Program-made: the position numbers and the translations under genes
Virus record (IMG/VR): IMGVR_UViG_3300032242_004047
Coordinates: 1 to 34,019 of that record
Strand: one strand, 5' to 3'
Source of the DNA: a virus
Taxonomy: Duplodnaviria; Caudoviricetes
DNA length: 34,019 bases
Notes under the pieces: model-generated
Told to the model about the DNA's origin: nothing
Database searches by the model: none
What the model saw: only the letters and a program-made list of their open reading frames with translations
Shown here: one piece after another, positions 8,091-16,310 of the stretch
Position numbering within the stretch: the stretch's first letter is position 1
Layout of the letters: each line of letters opens with the position of its first letter

Positions 8091-9685
8091 GCGAATGCTG
8101 CGACTCCGGTTCCTGCCTTACCCGTAGTTCCTCGGGGGGCCGTGTTCTTTGCGATTTGTGAGAGCAACCCGGTCTGCCGCCGGTTTTCATCCAGTAGGGG
8201 ATCCTTCCCACCACCCACGGAGCGACCACCGCCTCCAATTTTGAAGAGGCTTTGCGTAAAGACTGCGCCAAACCTGCGCTTCTGCTCAGCTTCAATCTCA
8301 GGAATGGCTCCCGTGGCCTCTGGCCGGTTTTCAGCGTTGAACTTGTCTGCCGCCGCCTGATTGCTATCGACCATCTGCACCACTTTTCCCAAGGACTCCT
8401 CGAGCGCCTTCTCGGTGGAGGAGGTGTCAAACTTCGGAGCTGCGGCTGTTCCCGCCTGAAAAGCGTCACTCAGATTCAACACAAGCTCTGCCATTCGTAG
8501 CTGTACCTTTTCCAGTGCGGGGGAAAGCAGATCAGTGCCCTTATCACGATTCACTTCGCCTGCCGCTCTGATCTGCCCCGCTTCCGTCCGGACTGCTGCT
8601 GCTGCGCTCTCCGCCTTTTTGCCCACACCCGGCACGTCCTTGAGTTTTTCCAAGAGCAACGCCACGCCATCAAGCAGCAGCGCGATAAATTCCTGTGCAA
8701 TCCCCACCAATGCATCTCCGAGGCCCTTCCAGAACTCTGCCGTGGTCAGAACCTCGAATAGAGTGACAACATTAGGAATCACCTCGGCGAAGGCCTGTCC
8801 CATGGCAAAGACAATGCCCGTCAGGTTTTCCATCAGGAAATTGCAAGCAGCCTGGAAGCCGAGGATCAACGTGCCTGCAATTAGATTCCCAATCTCGCCC
8901 GAAGTGAAAGCCGTGATCAGCAGTGTGATCGCATCCCCGATCTGCTCACCGATCCCGCTCAGATCAATTTTGGAGAGAGAATCCAAAAGCGGCTTAATCG
9001 CAGGGCCAATACTCGCTGCCATCGGAGCCCACACTGCAGCAGTCTTTTTGGAAATCTTCTCCAGCTTCTTTGAAATATCCGCGAACAGGGCCGAGTTCTG
9101 ATCGAGAATCTTGGCGCGTTTTCCCACCTCATCGGCTGCGGTGGAAATCGCTCCAGAAGCAAACACCTTGAGCATCTCTTGTCCCTGTTTGCCAAAGATC
9201 GCCATGGCCGTGGCTGTGCGATCCGTTGGGTTTTGAATCTGCATGATCGCTGAGCCGATCGCCTTCATTTGATCGGCCGCGTTGAGTTTCCCGAGGTCCC
9301 GGATACTAAGGTGCAGTTTCGAAAATACATCCCGACTGGCACCGCCCTGCGCCGCATCGGCGATCACCTTTCGCATGCGCCCAATCATGGGAGCCACTCG
9401 GTCCGCCTCAACGCCACTCAGACTAAATGCTTTTTGCAGTACCACGAGGTCTTTGACCGAGGTTCCCGTAGCAGCCGAGAGATCCCTAAGTTGCCTCCCA
9501 ATATCAAACTGCTCCCGGATTTTAAGCGCCGTGGCGCTGGTCGTGATCGCAGCGAAGGCACTGATCAGAAGGCCCTTCACGCTCATCACACCTCCCTTGA
9601 GGGTATTGAGTCCCTTCTCAGCGCTTTTGATCCCCGCGCTGAATGCGCCGGTCTTGAGAATGAGTTCTGAGACGATCGCGCTCAT
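8087..9685 (-). CDS. Tail tape measure protein
   Basis: 532 aa, Ala/Gly/Leu-rich helical; typical segments QLRDLSAATGTSVKDL and DRTATAMAIFGKQG. Confidence 0.85.
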   Translation of the reverse strand: MSAIVSELILKTGAFSAGIKSAEKGLNTLKGGVMSVKGLLISAFAAITTSATALKIREQFDIGRQLRDLSAATGTSVKDLVVLQKAFSLSGVEADRVAPMIGRMRKVIADAAQGGASRDVFSKLHLSIRDLGKLNAADQMKAIGSAIMQIQNPTDRTATAMAIFGKQGQEMLKVFASGAISTAADEVGKRAKILDQNSALFADISKKLEKISKKTAAVWAPMAASIGPAIKPLLDSLSKIDLSGIGEQIGDAITLLITAFTSGEIGNLIAGTLILGFQAACNFLMENLTGIVFAMGQAFAEVIPNVVTLFEVLTTAEFWKGLGDALVGIAQEFIALLLDGVALLLEKLKDVPGVGKKAESAAAAVRTEAGQIRAAGEVNRDKGTDLLSPALEKVQLRMAELVLNLSDAFQAGTAAAPKFDTSSTEKALEESLGKVVQMVDSNQAAADKFNAENRPEATGAIPEIEAEQKRRFGAVFTQSLFKIGGGGRSVGGGKDPLLDENRRQTGLLSQIAKNTAPRGTTGKAGTGVAAFA

Positions 9686-10323
9686 TTGAACCCAGCCTCC
9701 TTCGCTGCCCGCTTTTGGAAATGATCAACCTGTCGGTCCATAGCAGTGGCCCGCTTGTCAAGTGAGCGCTGGATACGACTCACAAGCCCTTTCACGCTGG
9801 AAGCGAACTTCACCGCGTTCGAAATAACGATACGACATTCGCTCAGGGTAAACGTGATTTTGACGCTACCTCTGCCATTACCGTGGCGTGTGATCCAGTC
9901 CGGCACCTTCGCTCCGAGCTGCATTGCCGCTGCATTCCAGCCGCTGGCAAGAATACCCACTTTGCCGAGTTCCTTTTGAATGTAAGCAGCAAGGCTTGTG
10001 ACGCGGATCTTCTTCTTGAGCGCAACCCGGACTCGGCCGGTGGTCGGATCCCGAAACTTAGCGTGAATCCCTGCAAGATCGCTACTCGCCTTAGATGAGG
10101 CCGACTGCCGCATGATCTTGCGCAAGTCTGCCTTGATCGCAGATTCGCCTCCGCGCCGGTTGGCTTTGAAGTCCTTGTTGGGAGGCGTGATCAGAATGAC
10201 GTCCTGAACAAAGAGCTTCGCCTGTTCTTTAAGAACCTCAGCGCGTGTACGCCTTGAGTTTTCTTCAAACCGCTTGAGGGCCGCACGGAATCCCCGGTCA
10301 TCGAATTTCAGCTCAGCACTCAT
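9682..10323 (-). CDS. Basic neck / tail-completion protein (HK97 gp10-like)
   Basis: 213 aa, K/R-rich; FDDRGFRAALKRF...LITPP...G.LASGW pattern; TTGACAC-N12-ATG upstream. Confidence 0.6.
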   Translation of the reverse strand: MSAELKFDDRGFRAALKRFEENSRRTRAEVLKEQAKLFVQDVILITPPNKDFKANRRGGESAIKADLRKIMRQSASSKASSDLAGIHAKFRDPTTGRVRVALKKKIRVTSLAAYIQKELGKVGILASGWNAAAMQLGAKVPDWITRHGNGRGSVKITFTLSECRIVISNAVKFASSVKGLVSRIQRSLDKRATAMDRQVDHFQKRAAKEAGFK

Positions 10324-10547
10324 TCTTCTCCCTCAGTGTCAAATTGTAGAAACCTCTCTATCCTCGTGATTTGGTCCGAGGGATCGGGTAGCGGGGGTAC
10401 GGTCCAGCAGTTAGCCGCACGCAATGCGCAGTGGTGGTACTGGAGAGATTCCGCAAGCGAGAGTTCCCACAGGATGAAGTCACGGCTCCAACCGGTTTCT
10501 TTCGCCAGGGCGAACACGCGGGCGGCGGTCTGCCCCGGCTCAATCAG
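10320..10547 (-). CDS. C-terminal extension of the tail assembly chaperone (gpGT-like), reached by -1 frameshift
   Basis: The -1 frame is open from the slippery site C CCA AAC (10553-10547) and reads KLIEPGQTAARVFALAKETGWSRDFILWELSL... Confidence 0.7.
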   Translation of the reverse strand: MIEPGQTAARVFALAKETGWSRDFILWELSLAESLQYHHCALRAANCWTVPPLPDPSDQITRIERFLQFDTEGEE

Positions 10548-10954
10548 TTTGGGGGCGCATCCTCCGGCCGATCATCGGGTTTCGCTTGTACCTCCACAAA
10601 CGCCGCAGAAGCCGTGTCGATCACTCGCTGGATCTCACGGATCGCCTGCGGGAACGCCTCCATGGGGAGCTCAAGCGAGAACGCGAGGATCGTCTCATCA
10701 AAGAAACGCGACGATTGAATCGCTCGGAGCACTTCCGGGATCGGCTGCGACTGGACATAAAGGAACGCCACAATCTGCTGCTGCTTCTCTTCCTCGGTTA
10801 GCGCTTCCGGATCGGCTTCACCGGTGAGCATCGTGAGCTTAAGCCGTCGGCAGATGCTCAGGCTCCCGAGTGAGAACGGGCGCAGTTTGAGTCCTGCGAT
10901 CTCGACCGGAGCCTGCGTGAAGACGGATTCGAGTGTGTCTGTGCGCGTGCTCAT
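10544..10954 (-). CDS. Tail assembly chaperone (gpG-like)
   Basis: 136 aa, ends ...DAPPN* with an XXXYYYZ slippery heptamer immediately before the stop; lies upstream of the tape measure. Confidence 0.7.
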   Translation of the reverse strand: MSTRTDTLESVFTQAPVEIAGLKLRPFSLGSLSICRRLKLTMLTGEADPEALTEEEKQQQIVAFLYVQSQPIPEVLRAIQSSRFFDETILAFSLELPMEAFPQAIREIQRVIDTASAAFVEVQAKPDDRPEDAPPN

Positions 10955-11424
10955 AGGAGAGAGAGGATGCGGTCACGTGTATCTGCGTCGCAGCCTTGTG
11001 GGATAAACGCGATCCGCTTGCCTCGGCGCACCGTGAGGAGCGGTTTGTTCTCACGAATCTGTTCCTGCAACTTCAGGTGTGTTTCGTAGAACCACGCCAT
11101 GTACGCGATCGGGTGATGGGGATTGTTGCGCCGCCATTCTAGATCCCGAAACCGACGAACAAACTCAGCCGTAGTGAGAGTTTCAGGTTCAAACTCAGGT
11201 AGAAACTGTATCTCCATGTCTTTGAGGCACCACACAGTTTGCCTCGAGGTTTTCCCACTCAGCGGATCTTCCTCGATCGTCTGAACAAAGGGGCGCTCGT
11301 CGGCAAGCTCGATGCCGCTCGTAGTAGCCGCAGCTACGAGAGCAGTATTCGCGCTTTTGAGCGGGGCCTCCTGGTCTTTGAGGATGTGAAGGCGGCGCTC
11401 CATCGGACGGGGTTCTGTTATCAT
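10951..11424 (-). CDS. Hypothetical protein (157 aa) between the tail-tube-like genes and the chaperone
   Basis: ATGA overlap with the downstream gene; no family recognised. Confidence 0.7.
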   Translation of the reverse strand: MITEPRPMERRLHILKDQEAPLKSANTALVAAATTSGIELADERPFVQTIEEDPLSGKTSRQTVWCLKDMEIQFLPEFEPETLTTAEFVRRFRDLEWRRNNPHHPIAYMAWFYETHLKLQEQIRENKPLLTVRRGKRIAFIPQGCDADTRDRILSLL

Positions 11425-11442
11425 TGGCGGTTTGCAGTGGTA

Positions 11443-11760
11443 TTACGCGCTCGGGTAATTCGTGCCCGAGTATTCAAAGCTCTCGAAATCGTCGTTCTTC
11501 TGGCTGCGCTTCACTTTGAGGATCAGCGTCGTGCCGCTTGAGATTGCTGAAATGCCTGAGGCCCCCACTCCAACAGCCATCGAAGTATCGCCCCGCCCCT
11601 TCACGGAAAACTCGACCGTCGGATCAAATGCCTGTCCCTGTCCAAAGGCTCCATGAAGGTCCTTGATGACCTTCTCCTCCACCTTTTGTTCCCACTCCAC
11701 CGACTCGATCAAAGTGCCGGAAGCCTGTGAAATGCCGATGCTACTGGGGCCTGCAGCCAT
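11443..11760 (-). CDS. Tail tube-like protein, paralog B
   Basis: 105 aa, beta-rich Gly/Ser; shares SxKGRG and VKxSxxNDDFxxFExxGxxY with 11766..12080; sits at the tail-tube position. Confidence 0.6.
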   Translation of the reverse strand: MAAGPSSIGISQASGTLIESVEWEQKVEEKVIKDLHGAFGQGQAFDPTVEFSVKGRGDTSMAVGVGASGISAISSGTTLILKVKRSQKNDDFESFEYSGTNYPSA

Positions 11761-11765
11761 AAAGG

Positions 11766-12080
11766 TTAAGTACGGGAGGTGTATTTGACGCCGGTGACTT
11801 CAAAGGTTGGGAAGTCATCGTTTGTTTCGCTGTTCTTGACGGAAGTCACTTTCACGGAACCCGAGAGGGCTCCCGCCGCGACGGAAACATCAGCGCGGCC
11901 ACGGCCTTTGATGGAGACGGTGGTCTTAACCATGCGACTCGGGATGGCTCGGCAAGTGGTGCCAGTTTCATCCCGGATGGTTTTGGCTTCCACCTCATCC
12001 TCGCTGCTGGATTCCTCAACAACCCCTCCTGAAGGGGTGCTGAGTCCAAAGGTGCTGGTCACTCCGAAGTTCGCAGGCAT
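11766..12080 (-). CDS. Tail tube-like protein, paralog A
   Basis: 104 aa, alignable end to end with 11443..11760. Confidence 0.6.
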   Translation of the reverse strand: MPANFGVTSTFGLSTPSGGVVEESSSEDEVEAKTIRDETGTTCRAIPSRMVKTTVSIKGRGRADVSVAAGALSGSVKVTSVKNSETNDDFPTFEVTGVKYTSRT

Positions 12081-12084
12081 GGGG

Positions 12085-12285
12085 TTATAGTTCGTTGAGG
12101 ATGAAATCTGCGCGGTACACGCCGTCCAGGGTGCGGTCTAGCGAAGCGGCTCCATCTGGGACCGGCACCTCCTTGGGAGCTGAGAAGGTCACAATGAAAT
12201 GGCGACTGCCTTCACAGACAGGGAGGCAGCTTTGGATGGAGCCACCCACTTTGGACACGGCTGCCTGAATCAACTCGGGAATCAT
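12085..12285 (-). CDS. Hypothetical protein (66 aa)
   Basis: ATGA overlap with the upstream gene plus TTGACAC-N12-ATG (12298-12304). Confidence 0.65.
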   Translation of the reverse strand: MIPELIQAAVSKVGGSIQSCLPVCEGSRHFIVTFSAPKEVPVPDGAASLDRTLDGVYRADFILNEL

Positions 12286-12656
12286 CCCCCTGAAGCGGTG
12301 TCAACCCCTGCGACTAGCTCGATCTCCGCCACCCAACGGCTGTGCTCCAGAGAGGTTTGGCTTTTACGAACGAAGTAGCCGCGAATGTTTAGCCCGTTCG
12401 GCCGAGTAGCCGCACCCACAACCAGGGGCTGATCCAGCCATTGCCGCAGTGTATTGAGATGCGCATCATGACCTGCGGTGTCTCCCTCGAAAGCAGGCGT
12501 CTCCAATCGAAACCGGATCGTTGCTTTCCAGAGGGAGCCCACCGTGTGTTCGCAATCTGGGCAGTGAACGATGATAGCGGATCCCTCCACGGTACTTTCT
12601 TCAGCGGATACGCCGCTCAGGTATTGAATCCCCGAGAGCCCGTGGAGTGAACTCAC
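12282..12656 (-). CDS. Putative tail terminator / tail completion protein; true 5' end may extend to about 12692
   Basis: Lies between the head-tail joining and tube genes; the frame continues upstream as (ATA)NTLIEAAFLAAV with no ATG. Confidence 0.55.
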   Translation of the reverse strand: MSSLHGLSGIQYLSGVSAEESTVEGSAIIVHCPDCEHTVGSLWKATIRFRLETPAFEGDTAGHDAHLNTLRQWLDQPLVVGAATRPNGLNIRGYFVRKSQTSLEHSRWVAEIELVAGVDTASGG

Positions 12657-12687
12657 TGCCGCAAGGAAGGCAGCTTCAATGAGCGTG

Positions 12688-12793
12688 TTTATTCGCTTGC
12701 AGGTCCAATACCTCGAAGCTTGCTTCGTTCGTCCAAGCGTTCAAATCCGCCAGCATACTTAAATGCCTCGGGGCTTGCCCCGAGGATCTTTAC
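12688..12793. mobile_element. About 100-bp non-coding two-hairpin element resembling REP or IS200/IS605-type (HUH transposase) ends
   Basis: Perfect hairpins CGAAGC-TT-GCTTCG (12714-12727) and CCTCGGGGC-TT-GCCCCGAGG (12766-12785), both with a GCTTGC apex, in an otherwise tightly packed operon. Confidence 0.5.
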
Positions 12794-13095
12794 TTAGCCT
12801 GAACGGTGAGTGTCACCATCGGGTAGGAGGGCGAATCGCTGACACGCGAGATTCGGTAGGTTTTGCCATCGAACTGGAGCGCCTCATTCACCTTGGGTCG
12901 CCGGGAGCCAAGGGACACCTTGGGGATCTTGACTGAGAAATCGTATTCCTCAGTGAATCCACCGATCTGGAGGGTTTCCGAGGACTCAATGGAGGTGATA
13001 ATCGACGCGTAAGTCTGGCCGTTCCAGAGGACCGGTTCTCCAATGTCCGCCACGATCCCGGCCAGATCTGCAGCTTTTTCGTCTCGAATGTTCAT
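12790..13095 (-). CDS. Head-tail joining protein (lambda FII-like)
   Basis: 101 aa beta-rich; GEPVLWNG...P..NE.L.FDGKTYRI.RV pattern; first minus-strand gene after the capsid terminator; TTGACAC-N12-ATG. Confidence 0.65.
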   Translation of the reverse strand: MNIRDEKAADLAGIVADIGEPVLWNGQTYASIITSIESSETLQIGGFTEEYDFSVKIPKVSLGSRRPKVNEALQFDGKTYRISRVSDSPSYPMVTLTVQAK

Positions 13096-13148
13096 GCCAC
13101 AGAGGCGGTGTCAATGTGGGCCTGAATCGGCGGCGGGGAAAAAGCCCC

Positions 13149-13177
13149 TTGCAAACAATAACGCCCCACGTTATTAT
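13149..13177 (+). promoter_or_regulatory. Sigma70-type promoter of higBA with an overlapping palindromic operator
   Basis: -35 TTGCAA (13149-13154), 17-nt spacer, -10 TATTAT (13172-13177); inverted repeat AATAACG-N5-CGTTATT (13157-13175); GTG start at 13186 implies a near-leaderless mRNA. Confidence 0.75.
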
Positions 13178-13185
13178 TTTGCCTA

Positions 13186-13467
13186 GTGATTCAAAGTTTT
13201 AACTGCGAAGAAACCAGGAAGGTCTACGACGGAAAGGTCTCAAGGAGACTTCCTCAAGACCTCCTGAACGTCATGCAGCGCAAATTGCGAATGCTTGATG
13301 CCGCCGTAAAGCTCATCGATCTAAGAATCCCTCCAAATAATCACCTTGAAGCCCTAAAGGACGATCGAAAAGGCCAATACAGCATTCGCGTAAACCGCCA
13401 GTGGCGCGTATGTTTCCAGTGGACTGAAAATGGACCGTCGAACGTAGAAATTGTCGATTACCACTAA
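13186..13467 (+). CDS. higB: HigB-family (RelE/ParE superfamily) toxin
   Basis: MIQSF...RKLRMLDAA..L.DLRIPPNNHLEALK.DRKGQYSIRVN.QWRVCF.W......VEIVDYH is the typical HigB pattern. Confidence 0.92.
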   Translation: MIQSFNCEETRKVYDGKVSRRLPQDLLNVMQRKLRMLDAAVKLIDLRIPPNNHLEALKDDRKGQYSIRVNRQWRVCFQWTENGPSNVEIVDYH

Positions 13468-13472
13468 ATCCT

Positions 13473-13784
13473 ATGAACGCTGAAGATGAACTGCTACCGC
13501 TAGTAGCTCCCGGCGAAATTTTAGCTGAGGAGTTCCTTATTCCTCTTGGCATCTCCGAATATCGCGTTGCCAAAGAGATCGGCGTGCCTCCGCGTCGGAT
13601 CAATGAGATTATTCACGGCTTGCGAGCAATCACGCCGGATACAGCATTACGTTTGGCGAGGTATTTCGGCACCACGCCGCATTTCTGGATTAACCTGCAA
13701 ACTGATTACGAGTTGAGAAAGTTGGACAGGGAAGGGTCACTTCCCCCAATAAATCGCTGCGAAAAATTGCCAGCAGTGGCGTAG
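13473..13784 (+). CDS. higA: HigA-family HTH antitoxin
   Basis: PGEILAEEFL.PLGIS..RVA..IGVP.RRINEII.G.RAITPDTALRLARYFGTTP.FW.NLQ..Y. Confidence 0.92.
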   Translation: MNAEDELLPLVAPGEILAEEFLIPLGISEYRVAKEIGVPPRRINEIIHGLRAITPDTALRLARYFGTTPHFWINLQTDYELRKLDREGSLPPINRCEKLPAVA

Positions 13785-13846
13785 GTGTGCGCCCACTTCG
13801 TTGTTCCTCGGGACGAGTAACTATCTGCCCGACGCCGTTAAGTAAA

Positions 13847-14002
13847 ATGAAGTGGGGCATCGCGAGCATCCTATTCCTCATGGGGCTATTTGCGCCCCGT
13901 TTGGCAGGGAATCGTCCGACAAATAACTGGTTAGTTTGGATTGTGAGGCGATTACTCCGCCCAATCCTCTGGGCAGCAGCACTGGGACTTTTAGCTGCAT
14001 AA
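13847..14002 (+). CDS. Possible small membrane protein (51 aa)
   Basis: MKWGIASILFLMGLF...WLVWIVRRLLRPILWAAALGLLAA has two hydrophobic stretches; follows higA and its stop abuts the capsid terminator hairpin. Confidence 0.3.
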   Translation: MKWGIASILFLMGLFAPRLAGNRPTNNWLVWIVRRLLRPILWAAALGLLAA

Positions 14003-14034
14003 AAAGCCCCCGCACCGTCTCCAGTGCGAGGGCT
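14001..14034 (-). terminator. Rho-independent terminator after the major capsid gene
   Basis: Minus strand AGCCCTCGCACTG-GAGA-CGGTGCGGGGGCT-TTTT: 13-bp stem with G-U pairs, GNRA loop and U tract. Confidence 0.85.
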
Positions 14035-14069
14035 GTTTGTCTCCACCCATGTCCTCTCGGTTGTTTACC

Positions 14070-14972
14070 TCACGCTGAAACCGGAGCCACAATGCGTTCC
14101 AGCATCGGCTTGTTCGCGGCTGTGAAGCCGTACATCAGCGTGTAGCTCACCTCCTGGCGCCCAAGCCGACCGTCGTACCGGTCACGCACCTGCACCGAGA
14201 GCCCCGTCCGAGAGTCGGTCACCACGTAGATCTCCGTATCCCCGGTGTACTCCGGAACGTCCGGGACACGCGCGGCCATGATCAGGCCTTCCCGAATCCC
14301 GGCAAAACCCATGAGGCGTTCGCCATTCTCGGGCAGCGCGGAATACTCAACGACCGTAAACCCGTTCACATTCGGCAGCATCCCGGTCACCACCACATTT
14401 GCCACTTGAGGTGCTATGTAGGCCTTGTACAGAGCCTCGTCCTTCTGAAGCGCGTTGTAGTAGTCCGAGTTCACAAACATGAACCGGCCCATGTCAGGGA
14501 TGAATCGCTTGTTCAGTTTCGTCCCAATATCCACGATCGCATTCCGACCGAACTCATTCACCGCAGCCTCCGTGAGGTTGCTGAAATTCGCCGCCACAAT
14601 CAGCCCGAGCAAATCATCGCACACCTTGCGCCCAAGCGCGTAAGCCACCTTGTCCGCGTACCGTTGATTCAAGTCGATCACACTGGTGGAACGCTCCACG
14701 TCCGTGATCGCGTACCCAGCATAGGCGTGGCGATCGATCTTCACCCTCACATCCACCTGCGCCTGATCGCTCGGGACATATCCCGTGGCAGGATTAAACT
14801 CCTGCGCCACCGTGGGTGTGACAATGTGCGAAACAATGTCCTGCTGAAACTTCACCGATTGATCGCTGAAATCGGTGGCAATCTGGGTCAGGATTGGGAA
14901 CTTGGCTAGAAGGGTTGTCAGGGCCTGCTGGGCGATGAGCGGCGCATTTACCGTAGCGTTTTGATTTGGCAT
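14070..14972 (-). CDS. Major capsid protein (HK97 fold, P22-coat-like)
   Basis: 300 aa after the protease; YALGRKVCDDLL, IP..GRFMFVN...YNAL, G.LPNVNGFTVVEY, YTLMYG patterns; followed by a terminator. Confidence 0.85.
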   Translation of the reverse strand: MPNQNATVNAPLIAQQALTTLLAKFPILTQIATDFSDQSVKFQQDIVSHIVTPTVAQEFNPATGYVPSDQAQVDVRVKIDRHAYAGYAITDVERSTSVIDLNQRYADKVAYALGRKVCDDLLGLIVAANFSNLTEAAVNEFGRNAIVDIGTKLNKRFIPDMGRFMFVNSDYYNALQKDEALYKAYIAPQVANVVVTGMLPNVNGFTVVEYSALPENGERLMGFAGIREGLIMAARVPDVPEYTGDTEIYVVTDSRTGLSVQVRDRYDGRLGRQEVSYTLMYGFTAANKPMLERIVAPVSA

Positions 14973-14984
14973 AGGACTCGGGGC

Positions 14985-15449
14985 TTAGGCGTTGAAGAGG
15001 GTTTGGATGTGCTTCTGGTAGAACTCCGCCGCCGCTTTCGGCTGCTTGCGTTTAATCAGATCGTTGTAGTGCGCGATGCGTTCCTCAGGCGTTTGCCGCT
15101 CGGGACTGTGTCCCTCGGCATCACCATCGGGCGTGATCCGAGCAGGATTGGAAGTGCCAGTGCTCGCGACAATCTCTGCAGCCCGCAACGCAGCGCGCTT
15201 TTCGAGATCCTGTTCACGCGTTTCCAAACTCAGTGCCTTCGCGTTTGCTGCCTCAAGGGCTTTGCGAACGCTTCCTAGCTCTGTACCCACCTGATCGCGT
15301 TCGTGGGACAATGCTGCGATCTGTTGTTTGAATTTCTCTGCGCTGGCGGAAGCCTCCGTAAGAAGCGCGGCACTCGCTTGTGCGTCGGCCTCCAACGCAT
15401 GGACTCGGGCCACCGCTTCTGAAAGTTGATCCTCGATTGATTTACTCAT
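14985..15449 (-). CDS. Nested in-frame scaffold protein (lambda Nu3-like), MSKSIEDQL...
   Basis: Internal Met at the protease/coiled-coil boundary, preceded by TTGACAC (15463-15469) at 13 nt. Confidence 0.65.
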   Translation of the reverse strand: MSKSIEDQLSEAVARVHALEADAQASAALLTEASASAEKFKQQIAALSHERDQVGTELGSVRKALEAANAKALSLETREQDLEKRAALRAAEIVASTGTSNPARITPDGDAEGHSPERQTPEERIAHYNDLIKRKQPKAAAEFYQKHIQTLFNA

Positions 15450-16295
15450 TGCGAATGTCTTCGTGTCAACGCGAAGGCACATCTTCGCTGAAGATGCGTG
15501 ATACGAACGCAGCCGCCGTAGCGCCTCCGAGCGGTCACGTACCACTCCAGCGAGATTGAATTTCTGAGCCTGTTTGCCTGAGAAATCCTGTCCTTCCATG
15601 GCCTCTGCGGGGATCTTGCGCCCACGCGAAAGCACCGCTGCGTGGAAATCACCGGCCACCTCCTCGATATTCGACTGGATCATGAGCCGTTGATCTTCCG
15701 TAAGCGGAACACCCGGCGTGCACATCCCCTTAAACTTCCCAACCGAGAATACCTCCACTTTGATGCCCTGACTCCGTAGCGCTTCAGACTGATCAACAAC
15801 CGGCTGCACCACACCGATGGAGCCCACCCGTGCGCTTGGTGTCACGTAAATGGCCTGTGCCTGGCTCGCCACCCAGTACGCAGCCGAGCACATCAGCCCG
15901 GAGCTGAAGGCGTAGACCGGCTTTTCTTTGCAAGTGTCTGCCACTGCCTGAGCCAGTTCAGGCGTTCCTGTAACCGCTCCACCGGGCGAATCGACATCCA
16001 GAAAAACGGCTTCGATATCCGGCCGCTCCAGAGCTTCCTCCAGCGCCTCAAGTAACTCCTCCGTATCAGTCGCTCCGAACAGAATCTGCGAAAACACATC
16101 AGGCCTCCGCATCATCGGCCCGTTCAGCGCTACAATTCCAATCCCATCCTCAACGCAGAGCAGTGGTGAATTGGGCCCAGCGGTGAGTTCGCTACAACCA
16201 TTCGGGAACAGCCGTGAGGCCGCTGCCATTGCCTGAAACGCAGCAGGTTGAATCAACCACGGTTGTTTCAGGAGCAGGACTTCAGCGAGCGTCAT
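14985..16295 (-). CDS. Prohead protease, peptidase S49 (SppA/lambda C-like), with C-terminal coiled-coil scaffold region
   Basis: LDVDSPGG, MCSAAYWVAS and VGSIGV motifs; TTGACAC-N12-ATG. Confidence 0.9.
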   Translation of the reverse strand: MTLAEVLLLKQPWLIQPAAFQAMAAASRLFPNGCSELTAGPNSPLLCVEDGIGIVALNGPMMRRPDVFSQILFGATDTEELLEALEEALERPDIEAVFLDVDSPGGAVTGTPELAQAVADTCKEKPVYAFSSGLMCSAAYWVASQAQAIYVTPSARVGSIGVVQPVVDQSEALRSQGIKVEVFSVGKFKGMCTPGVPLTEDQRLMIQSNIEEVAGDFHAAVLSRGRKIPAEAMEGQDFSGKQAQKFNLAGVVRDRSEALRRLRSYHASSAKMCLRVDTKTFAMSKSIEDQLSEAVARVHALEADAQASAALLTEASASAEKFKQQIAALSHERDQVGTELGSVRKALEAANAKALSLETREQDLEKRAALRAAEIVASTGTSNPARITPDGDAEGHSPERQTPEERIAHYNDLIKRKQPKAAAEFYQKHIQTLFNA

Positions 16296-16310
16296 GCACT
16301 CGTGCTCGTG

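Noticed and set aside
8424-8430. TTGACAC copy inside the tape measure gene
   Set aside because: No start codon 12-15 nt downstream; compatible with chance, although an internal promoter cannot be excluded
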